This document shows positions 9,885 to 19,196 of a stretch of DNA of 64,000 bases, in pieces. Numbering within the stretch: position 1 is the stretch's first letter; every line of letters begins with the position of its first letter. Below the pieces are notes generated by a model. That model saw only the letters and a list, made by a program, of their open reading frames with translations. It searched no databases and had not been told where the DNA came from. The translations under genes and the position numbers were made by a program. Source of the stretch: Acutalibacteraceae bacterium (GTDB lineage Bacteria > Bacillota > Clostridia > Oscillospirales > Acutalibacteraceae); assembly GCA_045617665.1 (NCBI GenBank), contig JAZLIZ010000053.1, positions 2,844 to 66,843 on the forward strand, in the 5' to 3' direction.

Positions 9885-11426
9885 ATGAAAAAATATGATT
9901 ACATCGTTGTCGGCTCAGGCTGTGCCGGACTCAGTGCCGCCCTTGAACTGGCCATCAGCAACAGAAAGGTTTTGCTGATTGAACAGCACAATATCCCCGG
10001 AGGATGTGCAACAGGCTTTGTAAGGGGCAGATTTGAATTTGACCCCTCACTCCACGAGCTTTGCGGTGTCGGTTCTGCCGAAAATCCCGGCGGAACAGGG
10101 CTTATTTTCAAACGCTACGGCGTTAATGTTGAATGGAATGAAGCAACGGACTGCTTCAGAGTAATTTCAAAATATTCGGACGGCGAAAAAATGGATGTAA
10201 CAATGCCCTCCGGCAAAGAAGCATTTATTGACAAAATGGAATATTATGTGCCCGGCTCAAGACCGTCAATGGAAAGATTTTTTGAGCTGACACAGAATAT
10301 TGAGGACGGACTTGCTTACCTCGGCGGCGGTAAAATAAATCCGGCAGATATTATAAAAAAATATATGCCTATGGTACGCTCCGGCGGATACAATACATCT
10401 GATGTTCTCAATGCCCTTGATTTGCCCGAAAGAGCAAAGGATATTCTTTCTGTTTACTGGTCATACCTCGGTGTTGATATGGATAAGCTTTCATTCCTCC
10501 ATTACGCCTCAATGGTAAACAGTTATGTTAAATTCTCCGCCTACTATCCGAAGCATACATCCCACGAAATTTCCGTAAAAATGGTTGAAAGATTTACTGA
10601 ACTCGGTGGTGAGGTTATGATGGGCTGCCGTGCAGAAAAATTCATCTTTAACGGTGACAAATGCTGCGGAGCAGAAACAAACCTCGGCACATTTGAAGCA
10701 AAATACGGCGTTCTTGCCAATATCAACCCCGATATTATTTACGGAAAAATGATTCCGAAGGAGCTTGTTCCCGCAAGAGAAAAGAAGCTTTGCGCCGCAA
10801 GAAAAAGAAAACTCGGCGCAAGAATGTTCACCGCTTATTTCGGACTTAATAAAACGGCAGAGGAGCTGGGAATTAAGGATTACAGCATTTTCTTCCCGCA
10901 GTCCTCGGATTCCGTTAAGGAATATGAATCGCTTAAAAAGATTGACACAAACGAGTATTCAATCTTCCTTTGCTATAATATTCACAATCCCGGTTTTTCA
11001 CCCGATGGCACCTGTGTCTGCTCGTTTACGACGATGTTTACCTCCGGCGAGGATTTCAATGACCTTGACGAAACCGAATATTACAAGCTGAAAACAAAAA
11101 TGGCAAAGAGGTTTATTAATACCCTCAAGGAAAAGGCGGGTATTGATATTTCCGGAGCGATTGAAGAAATCACAGTTGCTTCTCCCTATACATTTGCCCG
11201 TTACCTGAATGCGCCAGAGGGTGGCGTTTACGGTTATGAAACCACAGAGTGGGACGGCATTATTTCAAGAACGATTGAAATGACAATGGGCAAGGATTAC
11301 AAGGTTAAGGGACTTTACCCCATAGGTACAAACGGTGTCCGTGGTGACGGATATTCCTCAGCCTATACCGATGGTCAGATTCTCGCTCAGAGAGCATTGG
11401 CAAGCTTTGAAAAGGAGGGCAAATAA
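9885..11426 (+). CDS. FAD-dependent oxidoreductase, phytoene desaturase (CrtI)/retinol saturase-like
   Basis: IVVGSGCAGLSAA Rossmann motif, EQHNIPGGCATGFVRGRFEFDPSLH, SPYTFARY..GGVYG. Confidence 0.8.
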   Translation: MKKYDYIVVGSGCAGLSAALELAISNRKVLLIEQHNIPGGCATGFVRGRFEFDPSLHELCGVGSAENPGGTGLIFKRYGVNVEWNEATDCFRVISKYSDGEKMDVTMPSGKEAFIDKMEYYVPGSRPSMERFFELTQNIEDGLAYLGGGKINPADIIKKYMPMVRSGGYNTSDVLNALDLPERAKDILSVYWSYLGVDMDKLSFLHYASMVNSYVKFSAYYPKHTSHEISVKMVERFTELGGEVMMGCRAEKFIFNGDKCCGAETNLGTFEAKYGVLANINPDIIYGKMIPKELVPAREKKLCAARKRKLGARMFTAYFGLNKTAEELGIKDYSIFFPQSSDSVKEYESLKKIDTNEYSIFLCYNIHNPGFSPDGTCVCSFTTMFTSGEDFNDLDETEYYKLKTKMAKRFINTLKEKAGIDISGAIEEITVASPYTFARYLNAPEGGVYGYETTEWDGIISRTIEMTMGKDYKVKGLYPIGTNGVRGDGYSSAYTDGQILAQRALASFEKEGK

Positions 11427-11428
11427 TT

Positions 11429-12643
11429 ATGGCAATGAAATTCAGAGTTAATTCGGGTGCTGCCGACCTTAAAAAGTTTGTCGGACTTATCACTGACCGT
11501 GAAAATGCAATCAAAAACGCTCCCGAAAATGAAATAAACCCAACATTCAAAATAAATGAAATTGCAAGGGAACTGCACCCCGATTATCAGAAAATGGTGA
11601 TTACGGAAATAGTCAGTCACGAGGGCGCAGATGCAAAAACCTTTGTTTTCAAAAAGGCGGACGGCTCAAAGGCGGCGTTTTTCAGAGCCGGTCAGTATGT
11701 GAGCGTGCTTCTTAAAATGGGTGAAAGCCTTGTTACAAGACCTTATTCGATTTGCTCATCACCTATGGAGGCAAAGCAGGGTATTGTTAAAATCACCGTC
11801 AGAAATGTTAAGGACGGTTATGCCGCTCCCTATATGCTTGAAAACTTCAGGGTCGGTGATAATGTTACTCTTTCCGGCCCGGACGGCACATTTTATTATG
11901 AGCCTCTGCGTGATGCTCAAACCGTTATTGCTCTTGCAGGCGGCAGCGGTATAACACCTTTCCTTTCAATGGCATATGCAATCCGTGACGGACTTGAGGA
12001 TTTCAATTTAACAATTCTTTTCGGCTCAAGAAACGAAGAAAATGTACTCTTCAAAAAAGAGCTTGATGAAATAAGCGCGGAGTGCGAAAAGGTCAAAATT
12101 GTTCATATACTTTCGGATGAAGAAAAGGACGGCTATGAGCACGGCTTTATAAATGCAGAGCTTATTAAGAAATATGCACCTGCTGACGGTAAATATTCCG
12201 TATTTATCTGCGGTCCCGAAGCAATGTATCGCTTTGCCGAAAAAGAGGTTGAAAAGCTCGGCATTGAGAAAAAATATTTCCGCCGTGAGCTTCTCGGCGT
12301 TACAAAAAATGTTTATGCTTTGCCCGATTATCCCGGGGAAGCAAAGGAAAAGACCTTCAAGGTTACAGTTGTTATCGGTGAAAATGAATGGGTTGTTGAT
12401 GCAAAATCCGATGAAACCGTTTTAACGGCTGTTGAAAGAGCCGGTATTCCTGCTCCCTCCCGTTGCAGAAGCGGTGAATGCGGCTGGTGCAGAAGCAAGC
12501 TTGTCAGCGGAACGGTTTATATTCCGGCGGAAAACGATACAGGCAGAAGATATACCGACAAGGAATGCGGTTATATACATCCCTGTGCATCCTTCCCCAC
12601 ATCAGACCTTAAAATAGCGGTTCCCGGTTCATATATGAAATAA
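11429..12643 (+). CDS. FAD/NAD(P)-binding ferredoxin reductase with C-terminal 2Fe-2S domain
   Basis: RPYSICSSP, AGGSGITPFLSM, FICGP, CRSGECGWC...HPC. Confidence 0.87.
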   Translation: MAMKFRVNSGAADLKKFVGLITDRENAIKNAPENEINPTFKINEIARELHPDYQKMVITEIVSHEGADAKTFVFKKADGSKAAFFRAGQYVSVLLKMGESLVTRPYSICSSPMEAKQGIVKITVRNVKDGYAAPYMLENFRVGDNVTLSGPDGTFYYEPLRDAQTVIALAGGSGITPFLSMAYAIRDGLEDFNLTILFGSRNEENVLFKKELDEISAECEKVKIVHILSDEEKDGYEHGFINAELIKKYAPADGKYSVFICGPEAMYRFAEKEVEKLGIEKKYFRRELLGVTKNVYALPDYPGEAKEKTFKVTVVIGENEWVVDAKSDETVLTAVERAGIPAPSRCRSGECGWCRSKLVSGTVYIPAENDTGRRYTDKECGYIHPCASFPTSDLKIAVPGSYMK

Positions 12644-12665
12644 ATTCAGAAAAGAGAGTGAGCTT

Positions 12666-13598
12666 ATGAACAGAAAAGAGTATTCAATTCCGTCAACATC
12701 CGGTGTTTGCAATTTGTTTATCCGCTGCTGGATTCCCGATGAGCCGAAAGCGGTTTTTCAGATTACTCACGGTATGGCGGAGCACGGCGAAAGATATGAG
12801 GATTTTGCTTCACACCTTTGCTCAAAGGGCTTTGCGGTAATTGTTGATGACCATATCGGTCACGGCAAATCCGTTAATTCCGATGATGATTTAGGTTATT
12901 TCGGAGATAGGGACGGCTGGAATGCCTTTGTTGAGGATGAAAAGGCTGTTGCCGAGCTTGCAAAAAAAGAATTTCCGGGCTTGCCGATTATATTCTACGG
13001 TCACAGTATGGGCTCGTTTATAGGCAGAGAGTATATCAGAAGATACGGAAGCGACGAAGCAATCAAGGGAGCAATCATCTGCGGAACTGCCGGTAAAAAC
13101 CCTGCCGCCGCCGTTGCAATAGGCATTGCAGGAGCAATAGCAAAGGCAAAAGGAAATAAATATAAAAGTGATTTTATAAACAACCTTGCTTTCGGCACAT
13201 ATAACAAGAGGATTGAAAATCCCGAAACCCCGTTTGACTGGCTGACCAACGATAAAGAAATCGTAAATAAGTATATTGCCGATAAGTATTGCGGATTTTT
13301 ATTTTCCGCAGTCGGATACAGGGATTTATTCACCGTTCTTAATACCGTTTCTTCAAGGAAATGCTTTGATGAAACAGATAAGAATTTACCCGTTCTGCTT
13401 ACGGCAGGTCTTGATGACCCTGTCGGTGCATACGGTAAGGGTGTAAAAGAGGTTTATAACAATTATAAAAACGCAGGCGTTAAGGATTTAACTCTTAAGC
13501 TCTGGGAAAATATGCGCCACGAGATTCACAATGAGCCCGACAGAGAAAAGGTTTATGAATACCTTTCCGTATGGGCGCTCAATAAAGCTGAGGCGTAA
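12666..13598 (+). CDS. Lysophospholipase/monoacylglycerol lipase-like alpha/beta hydrolase
   Basis: HGMAEHGERY, DHIGHG, GHSMGS, MRHEIHNE. Confidence 0.88.
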   Translation: MNRKEYSIPSTSGVCNLFIRCWIPDEPKAVFQITHGMAEHGERYEDFASHLCSKGFAVIVDDHIGHGKSVNSDDDLGYFGDRDGWNAFVEDEKAVAELAKKEFPGLPIIFYGHSMGSFIGREYIRRYGSDEAIKGAIICGTAGKNPAAAVAIGIAGAIAKAKGNKYKSDFINNLAFGTYNKRIENPETPFDWLTNDKEIVNKYIADKYCGFLFSAVGYRDLFTVLNTVSSRKCFDETDKNLPVLLTAGLDDPVGAYGKGVKEVYNNYKNAGVKDLTLKLWENMRHEIHNEPDREKVYEYLSVWALNKAEA

Positions 13599-13654
13599 AG
13601 AGCTTAACAAGGGCTTAATAAAATCAGGCTGAAAAATCAGGCGATAAAAAATGC

Positions 13655-13683
13655 TTGACACCGCTATAAAACTGTGATAATAT
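13655..13683 (+). promoter_or_regulatory. Sigma-A promoter of the rpmG-secE-nusG operon
   Basis: TTGACA, 17 bp, TAATAT, with TG extension. Confidence 0.7.
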
Positions 13684-13817
13684 ATCAACACCTCTGCGAG
13701 CAGGGTTTATTTTTCGTGCCTGCTGATAAAAAAGGTGCAGAGGGAGGCCGAGCACAGGTCGGTTGCCTGATAGACCGGTCATGATGCTTAAATATTCCAA
13801 AAAATGGAGGTGCCGCA

Positions 13818-13982
13818 ATGGCTGCTAACGGTAAAAGAGTCAAGATTACACTTGCTTGCACCGAATGCAAACAGCGCAATTACAACACAATGAAGAACAA
13901 GCAGAATAGCCCCGACAGACTTGAAATGAACAAGTACTGCAGATTCTGCAAAAAGCACACTCTTCACAGAGAGTCAAAGTAA
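13818..13982 (+). CDS. rpmG: 50S ribosomal protein L33, Zn-binding form (absent from the ORF track)
   Basis: Manual translation [54 protein letters not shown]; GGAGG RBS. Confidence 0.97.
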   Translation: MAANGKRVKITLACTECKQRNYNTMKNKQNSPDRLEMNKYCRFCKKHTLHRESK

Positions 13983-13999
13983 GCAGGGAGGTAAACCTA

Positions 14000-14380
14000 A
14001 TGGCTAAGAAAGAAGTTTCTCAAGCTGCAGAAAAGGTTGCCGCCGCTGAAAAGAAAAAGAATAAAAAGGTTGCCAATCCCAACGGTAACTGGTTCAAGAG
14101 AACCGGCAAGGCAATCAAAAAATTCTTTAAGGATCTTAAGGGTGAAGTCAAAAAGATCGTTTGGCCCGATGGCAAAACCGTTCTCAAATCAACCCTCGTC
14201 GTTCTCGCTGCAGTAGCGATTTGCGGAATCGCAATTTACGGCGTAGACCAGCTTCTCGCACTTGCACTTTCACTGCTTGAAAAAGCCGCCGAAAAGGTCG
14301 GTTCGGGTGCCGATGTCGGCGCAGAGGCACAGGCAGTAACTAAAGAGATGATGAATTTAGGAAAGTTCTTCATCGGCTGA
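14000..14380 (+). CDS. secE: Preprotein translocase subunit SecE
   Basis: FFKDLKGEVKKIVWP motif followed by a TM helix; rpmG-secE-nusG order. Confidence 0.95.
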   Translation: MAKKEVSQAAEKVAAAEKKKNKKVANPNGNWFKRTGKAIKKFFKDLKGEVKKIVWPDGKTVLKSTLVVLAAVAICGIAIYGVDQLLALALSLLEKAAEKVGSGADVGAEAQAVTKEMMNLGKFFIG

Positions 14381-14396
14381 CGCAGGAGGTTTTGAG

Positions 14397-14945
14397 ATGT
14401 CTGCTGAGACAAAATGGTATGTAGTTCATACCTACTCCGGTTATGAAAATAAGGTTAAAACCAATATTGAAAAGTTGGTTGAAAACCGCAGAATGCAGGA
14501 TCAGATTTTTGAAGTACAGATTCCTGTTGAAATCGTTCACGATGTTGAAACAAATAAGGATGTTGAACGCAAGCTTTTCCCAAGCTATGTGCTTGTTAAG
14601 GTTGCCGTAACATACGATGAGTATCAGCATCCCAAAATGAGCGATGAAACATGGCTTCTTATCCGTAACACAAGAGGTGTTACAGGCTTCGTTGGTCCCG
14701 AAAACAAAGCAATTCCCCTTACCGATGAAGAAGTTATCAGGCTCGGAGTCGAGAAGAAGGTTGTTGAAGTATCTTATGCAGTTGGCGACACAGTCAACAT
14801 TGTTGATGATATGTTTGACGGCTTTTCGGGAGTTGTTCAGGAAATCGACCTTGAAAACAATTCTGTTAAGGTTGTTGTTTCCGCACTCTTTGGTAAGGAA
14901 ACCACAGTTGAGCTTGAGCTTGACCAGGTTGAGCTTGCCGAATAA
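14397..14945 (+). CDS. nusG: Transcription termination/antitermination factor NusG
   Basis: WYVVHTYSGYENKV, LFPSYV, RNTRGVTGFVG, KOW domain. Confidence 0.97.
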   Translation: MSAETKWYVVHTYSGYENKVKTNIEKLVENRRMQDQIFEVQIPVEIVHDVETNKDVERKLFPSYVLVKVAVTYDEYQHPKMSDETWLLIRNTRGVTGFVGPENKAIPLTDEEVIRLGVEKKVVEVSYAVGDTVNIVDDMFDGFSGVVQEIDLENNSVKVVVSALFGKETTVELELDQVELAE

Positions 14946-15018
14946 TCACGGTAATTTGAGGGCAATAACCCTTTCAAATTCAGCACCTTAACCGGTGCAG
15001 TCGGAAATTTCCGGCTTC

Positions 15019-15062
15019 GTGGGAGGAGTAGAAAATCCGTTTTACTCCGCCATTTACCACAT
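15019..15062 (+). promoter_or_regulatory. Putative L1-binding autoregulatory mRNA site before rplK
   Basis: GTGGGAGG...TTTACCACAT: GTGG/CCAC stem with purine-rich internal loop; same motif recurs before rplA. Confidence 0.65.
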
Positions 15063-15083
15063 TATATTGGAGGTTAACTAATT

Positions 15084-15509
15084 ATGGCACAGAAAGTTGT
15101 CGGCTTAATCAAGTTACAAATCCCCGCAGGTAAGGCCACTCCGGCTCCCCCTGTAGGTCCCGCACTTGGTCAGCATGGTGTTAACATCATGGCTTTCACA
15201 AAGGAATTCAATGAGCGCACAAAGAACGATATGGGTCTCATCATTCCCGTTGTTATCACCGTTTATGCAGACCGTACATTCACATTTATTACAAAGACCC
15301 CTCCCGCAGCAGTTCTTATTAAGAAGGCTTGCGGAATTGAGAGCGGTTCAGGTGTTCCCAACAAGACCAAGGTTGCATCAATCACCAAAGAGCAGATTAA
15401 GACAATAGCTGAAACAAAGCTTAAGGACCTTAACGCTGCATCTGTTGAAACTGCAATGAGCATGATTGCCGGTACTGCACGCAGTATGGGTGTCACTGTT
15501 GTTGATTGA
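15084..15509 (+). CDS. rplK: 50S ribosomal protein L11
   Basis: [23 protein letters not shown]. Confidence 0.99.
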   Translation: MAQKVVGLIKLQIPAGKATPAPPVGPALGQHGVNIMAFTKEFNERTKNDMGLIIPVVITVYADRTFTFITKTPPAAVLIKKACGIESGSGVPNKTKVASITKEQIKTIAETKLKDLNAASVETAMSMIAGTARSMGVTVVD

Positions 15510-15519
15510 TTGTAAACTT

Positions 15520-15547
15520 GTGGGAGGAAAAATCCGATTAACCACAT
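15520..15547 (+). promoter_or_regulatory. Second putative L1-binding site, before rplA
   Basis: GTGGGAGGAAAAATCCGATTAACCACAT, same architecture as 15019-15062. Confidence 0.6.
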
Positions 15548-15567
15548 GATTGGGAGGAAAAATTAAC

Positions 15568-16278
15568 ATGAAACACGGAAAAAAATATAACGAGAGCGCA
15601 AAGCTCATTGAAAAGGCAAACCTTTATGAACCCGCAGAGGCTCTTGACATTGCTGTTAAGACCGCAACTGCAAAGTTTGATGAAACAGTAGAAGTTCACA
15701 TCCGCCTCGGCGTTGACTCCCGTCACGCTGACCAGCAGGTTCGTGGCGCTGTTGTTCTTCCTAACGGAACAGGTAAGTCAGTTAAGGTTGCTGTTTTCGC
15801 AAAGGGCGCTGATGCCGATGCCGCAGTTGCTGCAGGTGCAGAGGTTGTCGGTGCTGAAGACCTTGTTGCAAGAATTCAGGGCGAAGGCTTTATGGATTTT
15901 GATGTTTGTATTGCCGCACCTAATATGATGGGTCTCGTTGGCCGTCTTGGTAAGGTTCTCGGTCCCCGTGGACTTATGCCCAGCCCCAAGGCAGGCACAG
16001 TTACCCCTGATGTTGCAAAGGCTGTTACAGAAGCAAAGGCAGGTAAGATTGAGTACCGTCTTGATAAGACAAACATCATTCACTGCCCCATCGGTAAGGC
16101 TTCATTCGGTGCTGATAAGCTTAAGGAAAACTTTGATACTCTTCTTGATGCTGTTATTAAGGCAAAGCCTGCCGCATCAAAGGGTCAGTACATCCGTTCC
16201 TGCTGTGTAGCAACAACAATGGGCCCCGGCATTAAAATCAACCCCAACAAGGTTGGCTCAGCTGCTTCCGCTCAGTAA
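15568..16278 (+). CDS. rplA: 50S ribosomal protein L1
   Basis: [30 protein letters not shown]. Confidence 0.99.
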   Translation: MKHGKKYNESAKLIEKANLYEPAEALDIAVKTATAKFDETVEVHIRLGVDSRHADQQVRGAVVLPNGTGKSVKVAVFAKGADADAAVAAGAEVVGAEDLVARIQGEGFMDFDVCIAAPNMMGLVGRLGKVLGPRGLMPSPKAGTVTPDVAKAVTEAKAGKIEYRLDKTNIIHCPIGKASFGADKLKENFDTLLDAVIKAKPAASKGQYIRSCCVATTMGPGIKINPNKVGSAASAQ

Positions 16279-16301
16279 TTGAACGGTACAATTTCATAAA
16301 C

Positions 16302-16379
16302 AAAAACGGATAGAAATTTCGGACGGCACAATTTAGCGATTAAACTAAGTTGTACCGTCCTTTACTTCTGTCCGTTTTT
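16302..16379. terminator. Long imperfect inverted repeat, probable bidirectional terminator between rplA and uvrC
   Basis: AAAAACGGATAGAA/TTCTGTCCGTTTTT outer stem and GGACGGCACAA/TTGTACCGTCC inner stem. Confidence 0.75.
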
Positions 16380-16465
16380 GCTGTTCAAAAATGCCATTTT
16401 GAATGAAAAATAAATATGATATGTATTTCAATGCATAAACCCTAATATGAGAAGAAGGGTGCTTT

Positions 16466-18313
16466 TTAATTTCTGAATGCTTCGTAAACTGCCTGTGCTG
16501 ATTTTTCCGTCATACCCTTGACCGATTTCAGCTCATCAACAGTTGCTTCGGAGATTGCCTTGATTGTTTTGAATTTTTTAAGCAAAGCCCTTGCTCTTGC
16601 TTCGCCTATGCCGTCAATATTGACGAGGGTTGTGGAAATGGAAGCTTTTTTATTTTTCAACCTGTGGTATTCAACCGAATAGCGGTGAACCTCCTCCTGT
16701 AGGCTCGAAACAAGCGTAAATGCGGAGCGCACAGAGGTCAAAGCGATTTCATCCCCGGAGGTGGCAATGGCTCTTGTGCGGTGGTGAGAATCCTTAATCA
16801 TACCGAAAAGGGGTATGTTCAGATTATGCTTCTGCAAAACGGGTAAAACAGCGTTGACCTGCCCCTTGCCGCCGTCAAGCAGAATTAAATCGGGCAGCTT
16901 GCCGAAGCCTTCTTCTTTATTTTCGGCAATTTCGTATTCATTCAGTCGTCTGTCAATAACCTCAGCCATTGATGCGTAATCATCCTGACCGCTGAAGCCC
17001 TTGATTGTGAAACGCCTGTATGCTTTCTTAAAGGGCTGACCGTTTTTGAAAACAACCATTCCGGCAACATTGTTTGTGCCGTCTGTGTGGGATATATCGT
17101 AGGATTCAATATATTCCGGCGGTGATTTCAAGCCAAGCAGCTTGCCGAGCTCATCAAGTGCGGCGGTAACTTTTCCGCCCTTTGAGCCCATATATATTGC
17201 AAGCTTTTGTGCAGCATTTGAACGGCACATTTCAATAAGTGAATGCTGTTCGCCACGCTGCGGAATAACTATATTAACCTTTTTACCTCTGATTGATGTA
17301 AGCCATTCCTGTAAAAGCTCGGAATCGGCAACATCACCGTCAAGAGCAACACGGCAGGGGACATCATTACGCATTGAATAATAGCTTCTGAGCAGTTCAC
17401 GGCGTGCCTCGGTTAAATCCTCCGGCAAATCAATGATGAAATGCTCGCTGTCAAAAAGCCTTGAATTTCTGAATCTTAAAACGGATAAACAGGCCTTTGC
17501 GTTGCTGCCGTTTGCTCCGCCGACTATCGCAAAAACATCCTGCTCCTCAACTGCGGCGGCAACAACCTTTTGCTTATCCGTAACCTTATTTATGGCGCTG
17601 ATTTTGTCACGGATTTTAGCCGCTTTTTCGTATTCCAGATTTTCAGAGTAGCTTTGCATTTTTGCGGTCAGCTCTTCAATCACCTTGCCGGAGCCCTCGG
17701 TTATAAAACGGCGAGCGTTATCAACCGCCTCGTTATGCTCTCTCATAGTGATTTTTCCGGCACAGGGTGCGGAGCATAAACCGATTGAATAATTCAGACA
17801 GGGTCGGCTTTTTTTATAATCCCTCGGAAAAACCTTTGAGCATTGTGGCAGCTTGAATATCTTTTTAGCGGAATCAACAGCATTAGAAATACCGAATGAG
17901 CTTATATAGGGTCCTAAATATTCGGCGCCGTCATCCTCCGCACGGCGAACAACGGAAATACTCTTCCAGCCCTTATGCTCAATTCTGATATAGCTGTAGC
18001 CCTTGTCATCCTTCAAAAGAATGTTGTATTTCGGGGAATGCTGCTTAATAAGAGAACATTCAAGAACAAGAGCCTCAAATTCGCTGTCACACATTATGTA
18101 ATCAAAGCGGTCAACATTTTCAACCATTTTTCTTACCTTGGCTGTGTGATTGTTCTGAGAGCCGAAATATTGGCTGACACGGTTTTTCAGTGCCTTTGCC
18201 TTGCCCACATATATTATATTGTCGGTTTTATCCTTCATAAGATAAACCCCCGGCGTAAGGGGGAGGCTCATTGCCTTCTTACGAAGCTCCTTGATTTTTT
18301 CGTTCATTTTCAT
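16466..18313 (-). CDS. uvrC: Excinuclease ABC subunit C
   Basis: GIY-YIG region (PGVYLMKD..IIYVGKAKALKNRVSQYF), ESYDISH, LPDLILLDGGKGQ, C-terminal HhH. Confidence 0.98.
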   Translation of the reverse strand: MKMNEKIKELRKKAMSLPLTPGVYLMKDKTDNIIYVGKAKALKNRVSQYFGSQNNHTAKVRKMVENVDRFDYIMCDSEFEALVLECSLIKQHSPKYNILLKDDKGYSYIRIEHKGWKSISVVRRAEDDGAEYLGPYISSFGISNAVDSAKKIFKLPQCSKVFPRDYKKSRPCLNYSIGLCSAPCAGKITMREHNEAVDNARRFITEGSGKVIEELTAKMQSYSENLEYEKAAKIRDKISAINKVTDKQKVVAAAVEEQDVFAIVGGANGSNAKACLSVLRFRNSRLFDSEHFIIDLPEDLTEARRELLRSYYSMRNDVPCRVALDGDVADSELLQEWLTSIRGKKVNIVIPQRGEQHSLIEMCRSNAAQKLAIYMGSKGGKVTAALDELGKLLGLKSPPEYIESYDISHTDGTNNVAGMVVFKNGQPFKKAYRRFTIKGFSGQDDYASMAEVIDRRLNEYEIAENKEEGFGKLPDLILLDGGKGQVNAVLPVLQKHNLNIPLFGMIKDSHHRTRAIATSGDEIALTSVRSAFTLVSSLQEEVHRYSVEYHRLKNKKASISTTLVNIDGIGEARARALLKKFKTIKAISEATVDELKSVKGMTEKSAQAVYEAFRN

Positions 18314-18393
18314 TTACCGCTTATCTTTGATAACAATATTATATATTCCCGTGCCCGTTTCGTCAAATATTTTTAATTATTATTAAAAAATAC

Positions 18394-18422
18394 TTGATTT
18401 TCTTCGTAAAATACATTACAAT
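18394..18422 (+). promoter_or_regulatory. Sigma-A promoter of tRNA-Ser
   Basis: TTGATT, 17 bp, TACAAT. Confidence 0.65.
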
Positions 18423-18459
18423 ACTAAAGCGTTAAATGCAGATGAAGTTTGACAGATTT

Positions 18460-18552
18460 GGAGAGTTGTCCGAGCTGGCCGAAGGAGCACGATTGGAAAT
18501 CGTGTAAACGGCAAACACCGTTTCAAGAGTTCAAATCTCTTACTCTCCGCCA
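18460..18552 (+). tRNA. tRNA-Ser (anticodon GGA)
   Basis: GGAGAG/CTCTCC acceptor stem, CACGA-TTGGAAA-TCGTG anticodon arm, long variable arm, GTTCAAATC T-loop, encoded CCA. Confidence 0.97.
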
Positions 18553-18595
18553 ACAAATAACACACTTTTGTCTACCAAAAGTGTGTTATTTGTTT
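18553..18595 (+). terminator. Intrinsic terminator after the tRNA
   Basis: Perfect 18-bp inverted repeat ACAAATAACACACTTTTG / CAAAAGTGTGTTATTTGT. Confidence 0.8.
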
Positions 18596-18598
18596 ATC

Positions 18599-18773
18599 CA
18601 AGCCGCAGGCTTGGCATATCATCACGGCGTAGCCGTGTATATCATCCGCCGTATGGCGGTATCTCATCACGGCAACGCCGTGTATTGTTTTCCTGCGGCT
18701 TGATGATATGCAATTCCTACGGAATTGATGAGATACAACACTTCGTGTTGATGATATACAAGGCTTCGCCTTG
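18599..18773. repeat. Mosaic hairpin array 1: seven short palindromes joined by 8-9-nt TATATCAT-type then ATGATATA-type linkers (REP/BIME-like)
   Basis: caagccGCAggcttg, cacggcGTAgccgtg, ccgccGTATggcgg, cacggcAACgccgtg, caattccTACggaattg, caacacTTCgtgttg, caaggcTTCgccttg. Confidence 0.9.
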
Positions 18774-18821
18774 ATTTATTTACCGAAGTATTATTTAATA
18801 CTTTTTGAAAGGAGTGGTTTT

Positions 18822-19196
18822 ATGGCTAAAAATTATTTACTCGATTATTCGGAACAACTTGCGACAGATATAGAATTGCTTTGCCGTAATATTAAAGCAC
18901 CATCCAATACCATTTTCCAAATCCGCAAAAGTTCCAGTAGTGTTTATGCTAACATCCGTGAAGCGAATTACGGTCAAAGCAAAGCGGATATGCTTTCAAA
19001 ATTTGAAATTGCAACAAAAGAATGCAGTGAAACTGAAGGTTGGCTCAAATTATTATTCAATTCAAACGATATTGATGAAGATACATATAAAAAGCACCGA
19101 AATTTGTGCGGAAGAATAAGGCGAATGCTTATTGCAAGTTCTAAAACACTTAAAAATTCTGACAAATCCAAATCTTCGGGAGAAAAACAGTCATGA
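18822..19196 (+). CDS. Four-helix-bundle protein (TIGR02436 / 23S rRNA IVP, Avd-like family)
   Basis: QIRKSSSSVYANIREA..GQSKADMLSKFEIATKECSETEGWLKLL signature; AAGGAG RBS before ATG 18822. Confidence 0.88.
   Translation: MAKNYLLDYSEQLATDIELLCRNIKAPSNTIFQIRKSSSSVYANIREANYGQSKADMLSKFEIATKECSETEGWLKLLFNSNDIDEDTYKKHRNLCGRIRRMLIASSKTLKNSDKSKSSGEKQS

Noticed and set aside
13984-14000. tRNA-Trp near rpmG-secE, as found in many bacteria
   Set aside because: No tRNA fold is present; rpmG and secE are only 17 bp apart.
18449-18774. ORF-track ORFs 18449-18703, 18568-18774, 19613-19846, 19791-20009 and 19880-20071
   Set aside because: They overlap the tRNA and the palindromic arrays; they are artefacts of repeat composition with no RBS or protein motifs.
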